The translations under genes and the position numbers were made by a program. A stretch of 64,000 nucleotides of DNA from Granulicella sp. (GTDB lineage: Bacteria > Acidobacteriota > Terriglobia > Terriglobales > Acidobacteriaceae), in contig DAHWNL010000038.1 of assembly GCA_027339965.1 (NCBI GenBank), positions 1 to 64,000 on the forward strand, read 5' to 3'. Shown one piece after another: positions 19,668 to 29,894 of this stretch. The notes beneath the pieces are model-generated. The model was not told the origin of the DNA, did no database searches, and saw only the letters and a program-made list of their open reading frames with translations. The first letter of the stretch is position 1. Each line of letters starts with the position of its first letter.

Positions 19668-22497
19668 CTCCTTTCTCCGCGCTCCGTTCACTGTCAGCGT
19701 GCAGCGCCGAGGGAGCCGACCGGTTGATACGGCAGAGCAGGCGCTGGGCGCAGGCTACACAGTTGTCGTTGTAGCTCTTGGGCAGCACCTGAGCCTTGCC
19801 CTGGGCGAATTCTTCCGCCAGGCGCGCGAGTGTATGGCTCCAGGCCTGCTGCAAAGAGGCCATATCCCGCAGCGTGGAGGAGGACCTTGACGTGGACGGG
19901 GGCAGAACTCCCTCTTGAGCCTGAAATCCGACCCAGTTCATCTGCTCGCCCGCGCGTATCCAGGCGAAGGCCAGGCCTTGGAGATCCGCGGCCTCGGGCA
20001 AAAGCGCATAGAGCGGAAGTTGTGGGTCGTCGGGACGGTCGCCATCCCACAGCCCGGTGTGGATCTGCGAGCCGGTCTTGTAGTCCACCAGGAAGACGCC
20101 GTCCTGCACCTGGTCGATACGGTCGATACGAACGTCCAGGGTGAGAGGGCCGATGGCGACCGACTCCTGCAGTTCCACATCCAGAATCCTGAAGGGACCG
20201 CGTTCCAGTTCGTGGGTGAGCCACTGCCTGAGCAGAGATCCGAGCCGCTGCTTGAGAAGCGAGAGATAGGCTTGATCCCAGTCGCCTTGCAGGCGGAGGT
20301 GGCGGGGAATGGCCGCATCAATCGAACGGATCAAGGTTGCCTGCAATTCGTCCGGGCGCATGCCGCGCAGCCTCTCCTGGGAGGCGACGGTCTTCCAGAA
20401 GTTCTGCAGCGCGCGATGCAGCAGTGTTCCGCGCTCGCCGGCGTCAAGACCCAGCGTGCCGTCCAGAGGATGGTGCTCCACCTCGCTGGAGGCCAGGCGC
20501 AACTGGGCGAAGGCCAGGAAGCCACAAGCGGCCTGCAGGCGCAGTACCGAGGCTCCGCCGATGACCTCACCCGGTGGAAGTGGAGGCAGAGGCTCGTCGT
20601 CGGCAACGGTCTGGCAGGGGATGGCCTCTGTAGATTCCTCCAAGGCCGGAGCGGCCCCGCGAGAGGAGAACAGGGTAGCCGCATCGAGACGCTCGACGGG
20701 CAGGGTTTCGAGGAACGGGGAGGGGCGCAGATGGCCGCTCTCGTTCTGGGCGGCACAGGTGAACAGGATGTTGGCGGTGGAGCGCAGCAGCCTCTCCAGC
20801 CGCCCGCGGCTGCGCGCAGCGGTTGCGGCAGGATCGGTGCCCGGCATCTTCAGCGAGCGCTGCAGCGCCCACGGCAGCAGAGGATGGGGCTGCTCATTCT
20901 CCGGCCAGTTTGCATCGGTAAAACGGAGCAGGACGGCGGCATCGAAGACGGATGCTTCGGCCTCCGCCACGCTCAGGATCTGCAGGGAGGCGTGTGGCGA
21001 GACCGGAAGAGAGGTGGTTCGCTGGAGATGGAACTCGAGGGCCTGCCATGCGTCTTCAAAGGAGGTCCGGCGTCCGCTGTAGTCCAGGGTCGAGACGGTG
21101 TCCAGCGCATCCTCCCAGACCTGAGCAGCGGCGAACTCTGCGGCGGTCAAGGGGCGGTTCCCGGGCCAGTTCGCGGACCGCACCAGCTCACGGATGAACT
21201 CCATCCATTCGGCATACTCGCGTGGCCTGCGGAGGTCCTGCGTGGCGTGCTCCTGCACTCTGCGCAGCCAACGGAGAGAGGCGAGAAGCTCGGAGGAGCC
21301 TGGCTGGGAGCCGCTCTGGTCAGCCTGTTCCAGAACGTCGGGGATACTGATCTCTGAACGCAGCAGGGTGAGGCGGCGCAGTCTGCGGACATCGAAGCGG
21401 GCAGCCGCATCCAGAGCCTCGAGATTGGCACCGTTGTCGCCAACGTAAGGCGAGAGCAGCAGCGAGGTGACCCGCTCCTGACTCAAGGGGGCGATGGCCC
21501 AGCGAACCAGTTCCATGGCATCGGTGAGGATGGCCAGCGATGCCAGGGGAGATCCGGAGGAGAACTCCCAGGGCGTGGAGGAGGGATCTGCATGGATGGA
21601 CTGAAGCTCCGGAGTAAGGATCTGGCGCAGCACGGGCTCCAGAGAAGCGCGCTCCTGGGCGGGGTTGGGAAGGAGCATGGCGATGCGCAAGCTACGCCCG
21701 CCGGTCTGGGCACTCTGCAGAAGTTGGCGCACCCAGCGCACGGCGAGCAGCATCTCCTCCGACTCATTGGCGGCGACCACGGCCGCGCAGAGGGGGTTGG
21801 CAGTGGAAGGAATGTGCAGGTCGCACTCGGTGACGACGGTCGGGCGGCGGGCGAGGCCGTCTGCGCGGAGGGCTTCGCCCGTCCCTTGCGCCTGAAGCTC
21901 GGTGAGCAGTCTCTGCTGGGCGGGGGTTCTCTCGCTGAAGCCTGCCAGAAGGATGGATGGCGGTGCGGAGAGCCTGCCAGAGCGAAGGTGTTCGAGCAAG
22001 GCCTCTTCGAGCAGCGCTGGGGAGAGAAGTTCGCGCTGGGCGCAGAGCTTTGTGAAGGCATCCGCCCATTCGGCAAAGACGCGGCTGTCCTGAGAGGCCG
22101 CGGATTGGCGCAGCTTGAACGGCTGGAGTGCCGAGGTTGCGCGGTAAGCCGCGGCGAGCTGCCATGCGGAGTGAGCCAGTGTCGCTAATGCGTCGATGGA
22201 GGCGATCGACTCCAGGGAGGCGAAGTCGGCGACGATCTGGCGCCAGAGATCATGCTCCTGTAGAGGGTTCAGCAGGAGGCGCTTCTCGGCTCCGGTGAGG
22301 ATGAGCTGGCTCCACAGCGAGCGAGTCCACTGTGCCCAACTTAGCGCCTGCGCCGGCTCCCAGGCCGCCAAGCCGCGGGCTCTTTGTCTGTCATCAAAGG
22401 CAGAGTTCACCTTGCGCGCCGCGCGCTCGCTGGGCAGAAGCAAGCGTATGCCCTGCTCCAGGCTGTTCAGGAGATCGGCGAGAGTTGCGTAGGACAT
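19651..22497 (-). CDS. addB: AddB-like inactivated-helicase / PD-(D/E)XK nuclease subunit
   Basis: RIDRID...LVDYKTG...QLPLY nuclease motifs; Cys set (QAAC ... CVAC...C) typical of the AddB Fe-S staple; no Walker A; adjacent to addA. Confidence 0.85.
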   Translation of the reverse strand: MSYATLADLLNSLEQGIRLLLPSERAARKVNSAFDDRQRARGLAAWEPAQALSWAQWTRSLWSQLILTGAEKRLLLNPLQEHDLWRQIVADFASLESIASIDALATLAHSAWQLAAAYRATSALQPFKLRQSAASQDSRVFAEWADAFTKLCAQRELLSPALLEEALLEHLRSGRLSAPPSILLAGFSERTPAQQRLLTELQAQGTGEALRADGLARRPTVVTECDLHIPSTANPLCAAVVAANESEEMLLAVRWVRQLLQSAQTGGRSLRIAMLLPNPAQERASLEPVLRQILTPELQSIHADPSSTPWEFSSGSPLASLAILTDAMELVRWAIAPLSQERVTSLLLSPYVGDNGANLEALDAAARFDVRRLRRLTLLRSEISIPDVLEQADQSGSQPGSSELLASLRWLRRVQEHATQDLRRPREYAEWMEFIRELVRSANWPGNRPLTAAEFAAAQVWEDALDTVSTLDYSGRRTSFEDAWQALEFHLQRTTSLPVSPHASLQILSVAEAEASVFDAAVLLRFTDANWPENEQPHPLLPWALQRSLKMPGTDPAATAARSRGRLERLLRSTANILFTCAAQNESGHLRPSPFLETLPVERLDAATLFSSRGAAPALEESTEAIPCQTVADDEPLPPLPPGEVIGGASVLRLQAACGFLAFAQLRLASSEVEHHPLDGTLGLDAGERGTLLHRALQNFWKTVASQERLRGMRPDELQATLIRSIDAAIPRHLRLQGDWDQAYLSLLKQRLGSLLRQWLTHELERGPFRILDVELQESVAIGPLTLDVRIDRIDQVQDGVFLVDYKTGSQIHTGLWDGDRPDDPQLPLYALLPEAADLQGLAFAWIRAGEQMNWVGFQAQEGVLPPSTSRSSSTLRDMASLQQAWSHTLARLAEEFAQGKAQVLPKSYNDNCVACAQRLLCRINRSAPSALHADSERSAEKGDDLPV

Positions 22498-22703
22498 CGT
22501 CTACCGTTATATCGAAGTTTGGCGAGAAACAAGTTGCGGCCTGGACGCCTTGTGAAGGCGAAGTTCGGGACCGATAGACAAGCGCCCTGTCGCCACTGCG
22601 CCGCAAGACGCACAGCGCGAGCGACGGAGGTTTGAGGCGGGTTCGCTGCAAGACTGTCGAGCGGCGACCGCAGGAGATTCTTTTCCCTTTTTAAGACTCT
22701 GTC

Positions 22704-23867
22704 TTACCGCGGTTGGGGACTTCGGCCTGGCACGGCGCTGAGAAGCAACAGGGTAAGAGCCAGCGCCAGAGGTACAACCATGGCTACGCGCAGCGATCCG
22801 CTCTGCGTGGAGAGGAATCCCATCATCCAGGGGAAGAGCGCTGCTCCCAGTCCGGAGACGGCGAGGATAAAACCGGCCGCGCGTGCGGTTGGCCGGCTTT
22901 CGATCAGCAGGGCAAAGGTGGTGGGAAAGAAGGGCGCAAGGCTGAACCCCAGGAGCACAGAGTAGAGCGAGAGCAGCGGACCATGGTGGGTGGTTGTCAA
23001 GGCTGCGATCAAGAGAACGGAGAGGGCCATGCCGAGGCGTTGCAGAGTGGACTCTGGGATGATGCGCAAGGCTGCCGAAGAGAGGGCGCGGCCGGCGGTC
23101 AACGCAGACCAGAGCAGAACGATTGCCGACTGCCCACCCAGAAGGCGCGCATCCGAGAAGCGCACCGTGTAGGTGGTGAGCCATCCCGTGATGCATGTCT
23201 CCAGGCCACCGTAAAGGAAGAGTAGCCCTCCGAAGTGAAACAAGAGTTGTGACGGTGGTGACACGGATTGCGTGGAAGGTGAGTCGGGTGTAGCCGCGGC
23301 GTCCTTGGATCGCTGCATGAGCCCACCGATTCCGGTGACGAGGAACATCGCTGCGAAGCTCAGCAACGCCTGGCGCAGGTGAAAGCGCGGCAACACAGAT
23401 GCGGCGATCAGCCCGCAGAGCACGGCGCCCAGGCTCCAGAAAAAGTTGATCAGCGACAGCGCTGAGCCGGTGTGGCTGGTGAATCGTCTGCCGACGACGA
23501 TGTTGGAGGAGGCGATCAACTGGCCGAGGCCGAAGCCGCTGACAAAAAGGCAAGCGGCGCCGCTGAGGAGCCCGGTGCTGAGGCCGAAGGCCGCGAAGCC
23601 GATGCAGGACAAGATGGCGCCGGCCAGCACTCCCAGGCGCAAGCGCCGCGGGACCGACACTCCGCCCAGAAAGGCTCCGACAAACTTGGATGCCAGCAAG
23701 AGACCGCCCTGCTGGTCGCTCAGCCGCCAATCGTGCAGCAGGGTGGGCATGATTGGCCCTAGCAAAACCGTTCCCAGCCCGGCCAGCAGGAGCCCAGTGG
23801 CCAACCAGACAACAGATGGACCGGCCACGCTGTCGTGCTGCGGAGATCTGGGGTGAGGACGGCTCAT
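22704..23867 (-). CDS. MFS transporter (FucP/TsgA-like)
   Basis: About 12 hydrophobic segments; LFLYGGLE; GRA motif; APFFPT. Confidence 0.88.
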   Translation of the reverse strand: MSRPHPRSPQHDSVAGPSVVWLATGLLLAGLGTVLLGPIMPTLLHDWRLSDQQGGLLLASKFVGAFLGGVSVPRRLRLGVLAGAILSCIGFAAFGLSTGLLSGAACLFVSGFGLGQLIASSNIVVGRRFTSHTGSALSLINFFWSLGAVLCGLIAASVLPRFHLRQALLSFAAMFLVTGIGGLMQRSKDAAATPDSPSTQSVSPPSQLLFHFGGLLFLYGGLETCITGWLTTYTVRFSDARLLGGQSAIVLLWSALTAGRALSSAALRIIPESTLQRLGMALSVLLIAALTTTHHGPLLSLYSVLLGFSLAPFFPTTFALLIESRPTARAAGFILAVSGLGAALFPWMMGFLSTQSGSLRVAMVVPLALALTLLLLSAVPGRSPQPR

Positions 23868-24012
23868 GCGTGGCTCGGTGTGTGTATCATTTTAGAGGGA
23901 GCTCTGTTGGCGGGCCTTGTATCGTGCCGTTCGCCCGAAGATGATGGCGCAAAAGCGCGAAGCGGACCGTTTGAGGCCGCGAGCCTCGGCAGTCCCTTGG
24001 GAGAGGTTTAAC

Positions 24013-24918
24013 ATGCGCTGCCGTCTGCCTATCGTTCTCCTGCTGGTCGCCATGGCGGCGATGGCGGCGACGTTGACTGGATGCCGCCGGCCTACGAGTT
24101 CTTCCCCGGCGGCGACCGCTCCGCAGCATTACCCAGTTCGCGGGAGGGTGATCAGCATCGATCCGTCCCACGGCGAGGTTCTGCTGAAGCATCAAGAGAT
24201 TCCCGGCTTTATGCCGGCCATGACGATGGCCTACCGCCTCGCCGATCCATCGGTTCTCTCCGAACTGCATCCGGGCGATCTGATAACGGCAACTCTTCTG
24301 GTGGATCATGATTCTTCAGGTCCAAAAAACCTGCGCCTGACTGAGATTGACATCATTGCCCAGGCTCGGCCGGACTATAAGCCAACGGTGAACTACCATG
24401 TGCCGAAGAAGGGCGATGAGGTTCCGGACTTTTCGCTGCTCAATCAGTCTGGTCACAAGATCGACCTTCGCCAGTATCGCGGCAAGGTCATATTGTTAAC
24501 TTTTATCTATACGCGCTGTCCGCTTCCGGACTATTGCATTCGCATGAGCCGCAACTTTGCCAAGATTGATCAAGCCCTGAAGTCCGACCAGAAGCTTTAC
24601 CAGCAGACGCACCTGCTCACGGTGAGCTTTGATCCGACCTACGATACTCCCAGCGTACTGCGCGATTACGGCGAGGCCTATACGGGGAACACTCACGCGA
24701 CGTTTTCACACTGGGAGTTTGCCGCTCCTTCGGTCGCAGAACTTCCCAAGATGGAGCAGTTCTTTGACGTGGGCGTGACACCCCAGGCTGATGGGGTCCT
24801 GCAGCACTCCCTCTCCACGGTTGTGATCGATCGGCAGGGACGGATCTTCGCTTTTTACCCGACCAACGACTGGTCGGTAGCGGAGGTGCTGGCTCAGATT
24901 CACAGCGCGGCATCTTGA
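24013..24918 (+). CDS. CusF-domain / SCO-family fusion lipoprotein
   Basis: Lipobox LTGC; CusF motif HQEIPGFMPAMTM; SCO domain FIYTRCPLPDYC, VSFDP, distal His (QHS); GAGAGG SD. Confidence 0.9.
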   Translation: MRCRLPIVLLLVAMAAMAATLTGCRRPTSSSPAATAPQHYPVRGRVISIDPSHGEVLLKHQEIPGFMPAMTMAYRLADPSVLSELHPGDLITATLLVDHDSSGPKNLRLTEIDIIAQARPDYKPTVNYHVPKKGDEVPDFSLLNQSGHKIDLRQYRGKVILLTFIYTRCPLPDYCIRMSRNFAKIDQALKSDQKLYQQTHLLTVSFDPTYDTPSVLRDYGEAYTGNTHATFSHWEFAAPSVAELPKMEQFFDVGVTPQADGVLQHSLSTVVIDRQGRIFAFYPTNDWSVAEVLAQIHSAAS

Positions 24919-25189
24919 GTGGTGTTCCGGGCGGGGATACGCTGAACACTGGGGTTTTCCCATCCAATCGGCAGAGGGAAGCATCTAATGGGTTGAGCTT
25001 CCGTGAACCGAGATCCCATCATGGTTTGTAGTCAGAGTTAGCCGTTTTCAGCGCTGTGGGTTTGTCTTTACCGGCGTCAATACGCTGCTTCTTTTCTTCT
25101 GTATGATTTGTTCATCTTTTACTCAATATCTTTCTGCATCTTTTTGTGTTTGATCCGCTTTCGCTCTCCCCCTCTTGGAAAGGAGTCTC

Positions 25190-25573
25190 ATGTCACGCGT
25201 CACCTTCTACTTTGGAGCCATTCTCGCTGGAGTTGGCATCTTCTACTTTTTGACCACGGGCTCGGTTCATCCTACCTCGCTGATCCCGCTATGGTTTGGC
25301 CTTGCCCTGGTTGTTCTGGCCAAGTTGGCTACCTCGGAGGACGCCTCCAAACGAAAGCTCTACATGCATATCGCGGTTACTGTGGGTTTGATCGGTTTTC
25401 TCTTTCCCGGGTTTATGGCTGCCCGGGACCTGATCAAGTCTCATGGCGGTGAGATACCACTCCCCCATCCGGCAGCCACGCATGAGCAACTGATGATGGC
25501 TGTGCTCTGCCTGGTATTCGTTTTGCTCTGCGTCCGTAGTTTCATCACCGCACGGCGCTCGGGTGCCATTTAG
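25190..25573 (+). CDS. Small 4-TM membrane protein (TMEM14-like, function unknown)
   Basis: AGGAG SD; four hydrophobic helices; TSLIP and CVRSFITARR motifs. Confidence 0.8.
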   Translation: MSRVTFYFGAILAGVGIFYFLTTGSVHPTSLIPLWFGLALVVLAKLATSEDASKRKLYMHIAVTVGLIGFLFPGFMAARDLIKSHGGEIPLPHPAATHEQLMMAVLCLVFVLLCVRSFITARRSGAI

Positions 25574-25613
25574 GAATCGCGGGGGCGACTTTCTACGGCT
25601 TAACAGGAGGCCA

Positions 25614-27509
25614 ATGGCAAGTTTTGGAGGTTCCCATCTGGGCGGAACTCCGGGTATGCGCTCTGCCGAGAGACCGGCGCGCCTCCCGGGCCGGTCCATC
25701 TCCGCGGATCTTAGCGCGCAACGCCCCAAGCCGAAGTTCAAGGACGTCTGGCCGGAGATATGGGGGCTGATCAAGCCGCGGCGCCTGTTGCTGGCTGGCT
25801 GTTTTCTGCTGATGATCGTCAATCGCATCTGCGCTCTGGTGCTGCCGGCCTCTTTTCGGCCCCTGATCGACCAGGTGTTCAACAAGCACCACTACTTCCT
25901 GCTTCCATGGATTGTTGGAGCGGTTCTTTGCGCCACGCTGGTGCAGGGCGTCACCTCCTACACCCTGACACAGCTACTCTCCAAAGAAGGTCAGCGTTTG
26001 ATTGCTGAGCTCCGTGTCCGGGTTCAGCGGCATGTGGGCAGACTCTCCGTCTCCTTTTACGACGAAAATCGTACCGGCACATTGGTCGCGCGGATCATGA
26101 ACGATGTCGAGGGCGTTCGGAACCTGATCGGTACTGGGATTGTGGACTTCATCGGCGGCATCCTGACCGCCCTGTTCGCCTTCGCCTATCTGGTGTATGT
26201 CTCAGTGAGCATGACGCTGCTGGCGGCCGTGGTGATGACGGCCTTTGCTCTGGTGCTGCAAAGGGCTTTCAAGACCATTCGGCCGATCTTTCGGGAGAGG
26301 GCCAGGATCAACGCCGAGGTGACGGGACGACTTACGGAGTCTCTAGGAGGGGTGCGCGTGGTGAAGGGTTATCACGCGGAAGAGAGCGAGTCCCAGGTGT
26401 TTGCCGGCGGGGTCGCCCGGCTGCTTCAGAATGTGATCAGCTCGTTGACTGCGCAGTCTTTGATGACGCTCTCCTCCACAGTGATTCTGGGCATCGTGGG
26501 AGCGTTGGTGATGTATATGGGAGCGCATCTTAATGCGGCAGGCAAGCTCACCGCCGGCGGTTACTTTTCCTATGTGATGATGCTCGCCTTCATGACCGCG
26601 CCGGTGGTGCAACTGGTGGCCATTGGCACGCAACTGACGGAGGCGATGGCCGGCCTGGACCGCACGCGCGAGATCATGGCTGAGATGGAGGAGGACATCC
26701 ATCCGTCCCGCCGGCTGGAACTCGGAACGCTGACCGGCGACGTTCACTTTGACGATGTCAGCTTCTCCTACACGCCTGGAAAACCGGTCCTTCACAATAT
26801 CAACTTCGTGGCTCCGCATGGAACGGTGACCGCCCTGGTGGGTTCCAGCGGCTCCGGCAAGTCCACGATTATCTCCCTCATCTGCGGCTTTCATAGTGCC
26901 GAATCCGGGGCTGTGCTTGTCGATGGCCATGATCTGGCTGCGGTGAGGCTCTCCAGCTATCGCAAGCAACTGGGTGTGGTGCTCCAGGAGACATTTCTTT
27001 TTGATGGCACCATCCGCGAGAACGTGAAGTTCTCCCGGCCCGAGGCCGATGAAGAGAGGTTTCTCCAGGCGTGCAAGATCGCGCGAGTGGACGAGTTTGC
27101 TGAACGTTTTGCCGAGGGCTACGACACTGTGGTTGGCGAGCGCGGCGTGAAGCTCTCCGGAGGCCAGCGTCAGCGGCTCTCGATTGCGCGCGCCATCCTG
27201 GCCGACCCGCGGATTCTGATTCTGGACGAAGCTACCAGCTCCCTGGATTCGGAGTCCGAGGCCCTGATCCAGCATGGCCTTAGCTACCTGATGCAGGGCC
27301 GGACGACCTTTGTGATCGCTCATCGGCTCTCCACCATCCGGCGCGCCGACCAGATTCTGGTCGTCGAGGAGGGACGTATTGTGGAGCGAGGGGATCATGA
27401 GACGCTCTATCAGCTCAACGGCCGATACCGCGACCTGTATGACCGCCAGCACAACCTGGAAGCAAATCTTTTCCTGGCTCCTGGTGAGGGAGATACGATT
27501 CCCGCGTGA
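25614..27509 (+). CDS. ABC exporter, fused permease/ATPase
   Basis: AGGAGG SD; GSSGSGKS, LSGGQRQR, ILILDEATSSLD, IAHRLST. Confidence 0.95.
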   Translation: MASFGGSHLGGTPGMRSAERPARLPGRSISADLSAQRPKPKFKDVWPEIWGLIKPRRLLLAGCFLLMIVNRICALVLPASFRPLIDQVFNKHHYFLLPWIVGAVLCATLVQGVTSYTLTQLLSKEGQRLIAELRVRVQRHVGRLSVSFYDENRTGTLVARIMNDVEGVRNLIGTGIVDFIGGILTALFAFAYLVYVSVSMTLLAAVVMTAFALVLQRAFKTIRPIFRERARINAEVTGRLTESLGGVRVVKGYHAEESESQVFAGGVARLLQNVISSLTAQSLMTLSSTVILGIVGALVMYMGAHLNAAGKLTAGGYFSYVMMLAFMTAPVVQLVAIGTQLTEAMAGLDRTREIMAEMEEDIHPSRRLELGTLTGDVHFDDVSFSYTPGKPVLHNINFVAPHGTVTALVGSSGSGKSTIISLICGFHSAESGAVLVDGHDLAAVRLSSYRKQLGVVLQETFLFDGTIRENVKFSRPEADEERFLQACKIARVDEFAERFAEGYDTVVGERGVKLSGGQRQRLSIARAILADPRILILDEATSSLDSESEALIQHGLSYLMQGRTTFVIAHRLSTIRRADQILVVEEGRIVERGDHETLYQLNGRYRDLYDRQHNLEANLFLAPGEGDTIPA

Positions 27510-27638
27510 GGTCTGGGATGGTTCCATCGGGCCGTAGATTCTCGTAGCGATGGTTTGATCCTTCGCCGACGGCAATGAAAGGATGGAGACCTCTTGCAAG
27601 CGACCATGGGCAACCAGAATGCTCAAACGGAGGGGCGT

Positions 27639-29744
27639 CTACTTGGAGCGGTCATCGCTGTCCACGCCCAGCTCCCGCAGCAGAAATGCGTCGTCAAAGG
27701 CGATCTCCTTCAGGTAGTCATAGCGTCCGCTGGAGCCTCCGTGTCCGGCATCCATATTGACTTGCAAGAGCAGAGGCGTGTCGTTCGTCTTGAGGGTGCG
27801 GAGTTTGGCTACATACTTGGCCGGCTCCCAGTACATGACCTGTGAGTCGTTCCAACTGGTCTTCACGAGCATCGCGGGGTAGGAGCCGGCGCGCAGATTG
27901 TCATAGGGCGAGTAACCGAGCATATACTCGAAGGCCGTCTTCTCGTTGGGGTTTCCCCATTCTTCGTACTCCGCCACAGTAAGCGGCAGGGAGGCGTCCA
28001 GCATGGTGTTCATGACATCGACAAACGGCACATGGCTGAGCACGACGCGGAAGAGATCCGGTCGCATGTTCACGACGGCGCCCATCAACAAACCTCCGGC
28101 GCTTCCTCCTTCGATCGCAACGCGCCGAGGATTGCCGTATCCCTCGCGGAGGAGAAACTCCACGGCAGCGATGAAGTCGGTAAAGGTATTACGCTTTTGC
28201 ATCATCTTGCCGGCGTCGTGCCATGGATCTCCCAACTCTCCACCGCCGCGAATATGCGCATAGGCCATCACCAGGCCACGGTCCAAAAGGGCCAGCCTGG
28301 CGGGGCTGAATCCCAAGGGGAGCGCGTGTCCATAGGAGCCATAGCCATAAACATAGAGCGGCGCAGTGCCATCTTTGCGGAACAGGTCTCGCCGGTAGAC
28401 CAGAGAGATGGGAACTTCGACGCCGTCTTGGGCATGAAGCCAGAGCCGCTCTGAAGCGTACTGCGCCCCGTCAAAGCCGCCCGGAACCTCATGTTCCTTG
28501 AGGAGTGTGGACTCGCGGGTGGCTACGTCATATTCAAAGATCGAGGGCGGCCGCACCAGCGACTGGTACGCGTAGCGATAAGTTGTGGCCGAAAAATCTT
28601 TGTTTACGTCGCCGTCGGCCTCGTAGGCCGGGTCAGGAAAGCGGATGTCGTCGTACTGCCCTGGAAGCCCATCTTCATGGAGCGAATAGACGCGCAACAA
28701 AGGTAGACCGCGCTCCCGGTAACTGGCCACCAAAAAATCTCGGAAGAGCTCGACGTCATCGAGTGGAGCGTCCTTGCGCTCCGGCAAGATCTCCGTCCAG
28801 TGCTCACGTCCGGTAGCCGTCACCGGTGTCCGCATCAGCCGAAACTGCTCTGCGCCGTGGTTGGTGCGAATGTAAAGGTAGCCTTCGCGGTGATCGACAT
28901 CATACTCCTCATCGTCGACACGGCCTGCAACCATGCGAAATGCCGCGCTCGGTTCGGTGGCGGGGAGCAGCCAAGCCTCGCTCGTGGTGTGGCTGCCGGA
29001 CTCCAGCACAAGGTACTCGCGGTCCCGAGTTCGACCCACGGCTATATTAAAGCGTTCGTCTTCCTCGTGGAAGACTTGGGACGGAGAGCTGCCCAGGGCG
29101 TGGCGGAAGACGCGATCTTGACGTTTGGTCTGCTCGTCCTCTGTGGTGTAAAAGAGTGTGGCTGAATCCGCTGCCCAGGCGATGGTTCCAACTCGCTCTG
29201 CCGTCTCCTCCAGCAAGGTTCCGCTCTGGAGATCCTTGATCGCCAGACGATATTGGCGGAATCCCGTATCGTCCGTGGTATAGGCCAGCAGCCTGCCATC
29301 CGGAGTGACGCTCATCGTGCCGATGTCCATGAATGACCGTCCTTCTGCGAGCAGGTTAACATCGAGGATGACCGTCTCTTGCTCCGGTTTGCCGACGGGC
29401 CGCCGGCAGAAGCGTGGGTACTGCTTGCCCTTCTCGGTCCGGGTCAGATACTCCCAGGCGCCATCACGGTAGGGAAGCGAGGCGTCATCTTCCTTGATGT
29501 GGGAGAGAATCTCGTCATAGAGCTTTTTCTGCAACTCCTCCGTGCCCCGCATCACGGCGGCGGTATAGGCGTTTTCAGCCTCCAGGTAAGCTTGCACGCG
29601 AGGCTCCTCTTTGCGCCGCATCCAGGCATAGTCATCGCGCAGCTCAGTTCCGTGGATGGGGATCGAGGTTGGCTCGCGCTCCGCGACAGGCGGCGCAAGA
29701 GCGGCAGAGTGTGCATCGATCATGGATTTCATCAGGCTCTCCAT
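27639..29744 (-). CDS. ptrB: Oligopeptidase B (S9A prolyl-oligopeptidase family)
   Basis: DDYAWMR, YLEAENAY, YGYGSYG, HIRGGGELG, GGSAGG (catalytic Ser), EEWGNP, AGHGG; start uncertain (29744, 29732 or 29723). Confidence 0.93.
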   Translation of the reverse strand: MESLMKSMIDAHSAALAPPVAEREPTSIPIHGTELRDDYAWMRRKEEPRVQAYLEAENAYTAAVMRGTEELQKKLYDEILSHIKEDDASLPYRDGAWEYLTRTEKGKQYPRFCRRPVGKPEQETVILDVNLLAEGRSFMDIGTMSVTPDGRLLAYTTDDTGFRQYRLAIKDLQSGTLLEETAERVGTIAWAADSATLFYTTEDEQTKRQDRVFRHALGSSPSQVFHEEDERFNIAVGRTRDREYLVLESGSHTTSEAWLLPATEPSAAFRMVAGRVDDEEYDVDHREGYLYIRTNHGAEQFRLMRTPVTATGREHWTEILPERKDAPLDDVELFRDFLVASYRERGLPLLRVYSLHEDGLPGQYDDIRFPDPAYEADGDVNKDFSATTYRYAYQSLVRPPSIFEYDVATRESTLLKEHEVPGGFDGAQYASERLWLHAQDGVEVPISLVYRRDLFRKDGTAPLYVYGYGSYGHALPLGFSPARLALLDRGLVMAYAHIRGGGELGDPWHDAGKMMQKRNTFTDFIAAVEFLLREGYGNPRRVAIEGGSAGGLLMGAVVNMRPDLFRVVLSHVPFVDVMNTMLDASLPLTVAEYEEWGNPNEKTAFEYMLGYSPYDNLRAGSYPAMLVKTSWNDSQVMYWEPAKYVAKLRTLKTNDTPLLLQVNMDAGHGGSSGRYDYLKEIAFDDAFLLRELGVDSDDRSK

Positions 29745-29894
29745 GAGAAAGGATACATGGCGGAAGCAAGGGAGTTGAGCGTATCGGACGGGGAAGAGGA
29801 TCAAGGTCTGTGCGCCTGTGAAGGCCTCAGGTTGCCACTCGGGCATCCTGTTCTATCGGGCGTTTCGGCTGGGTTTCTGGCGTAGAATCTTCCT

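Noticed and set aside
15801..22497. Helicase plus nuclease pair as an anti-phage defence system
   Set aside because: Architecture and Fe-S Cys pattern fit housekeeping AddAB; core-genome context with no island signs
25108..25452. 114-aa ORF starting in the T-rich tract
   Set aside because: Overlaps the SD-supported gene at 25190 in another frame; its hydrophobic start is an artefact of the T-rich DNA
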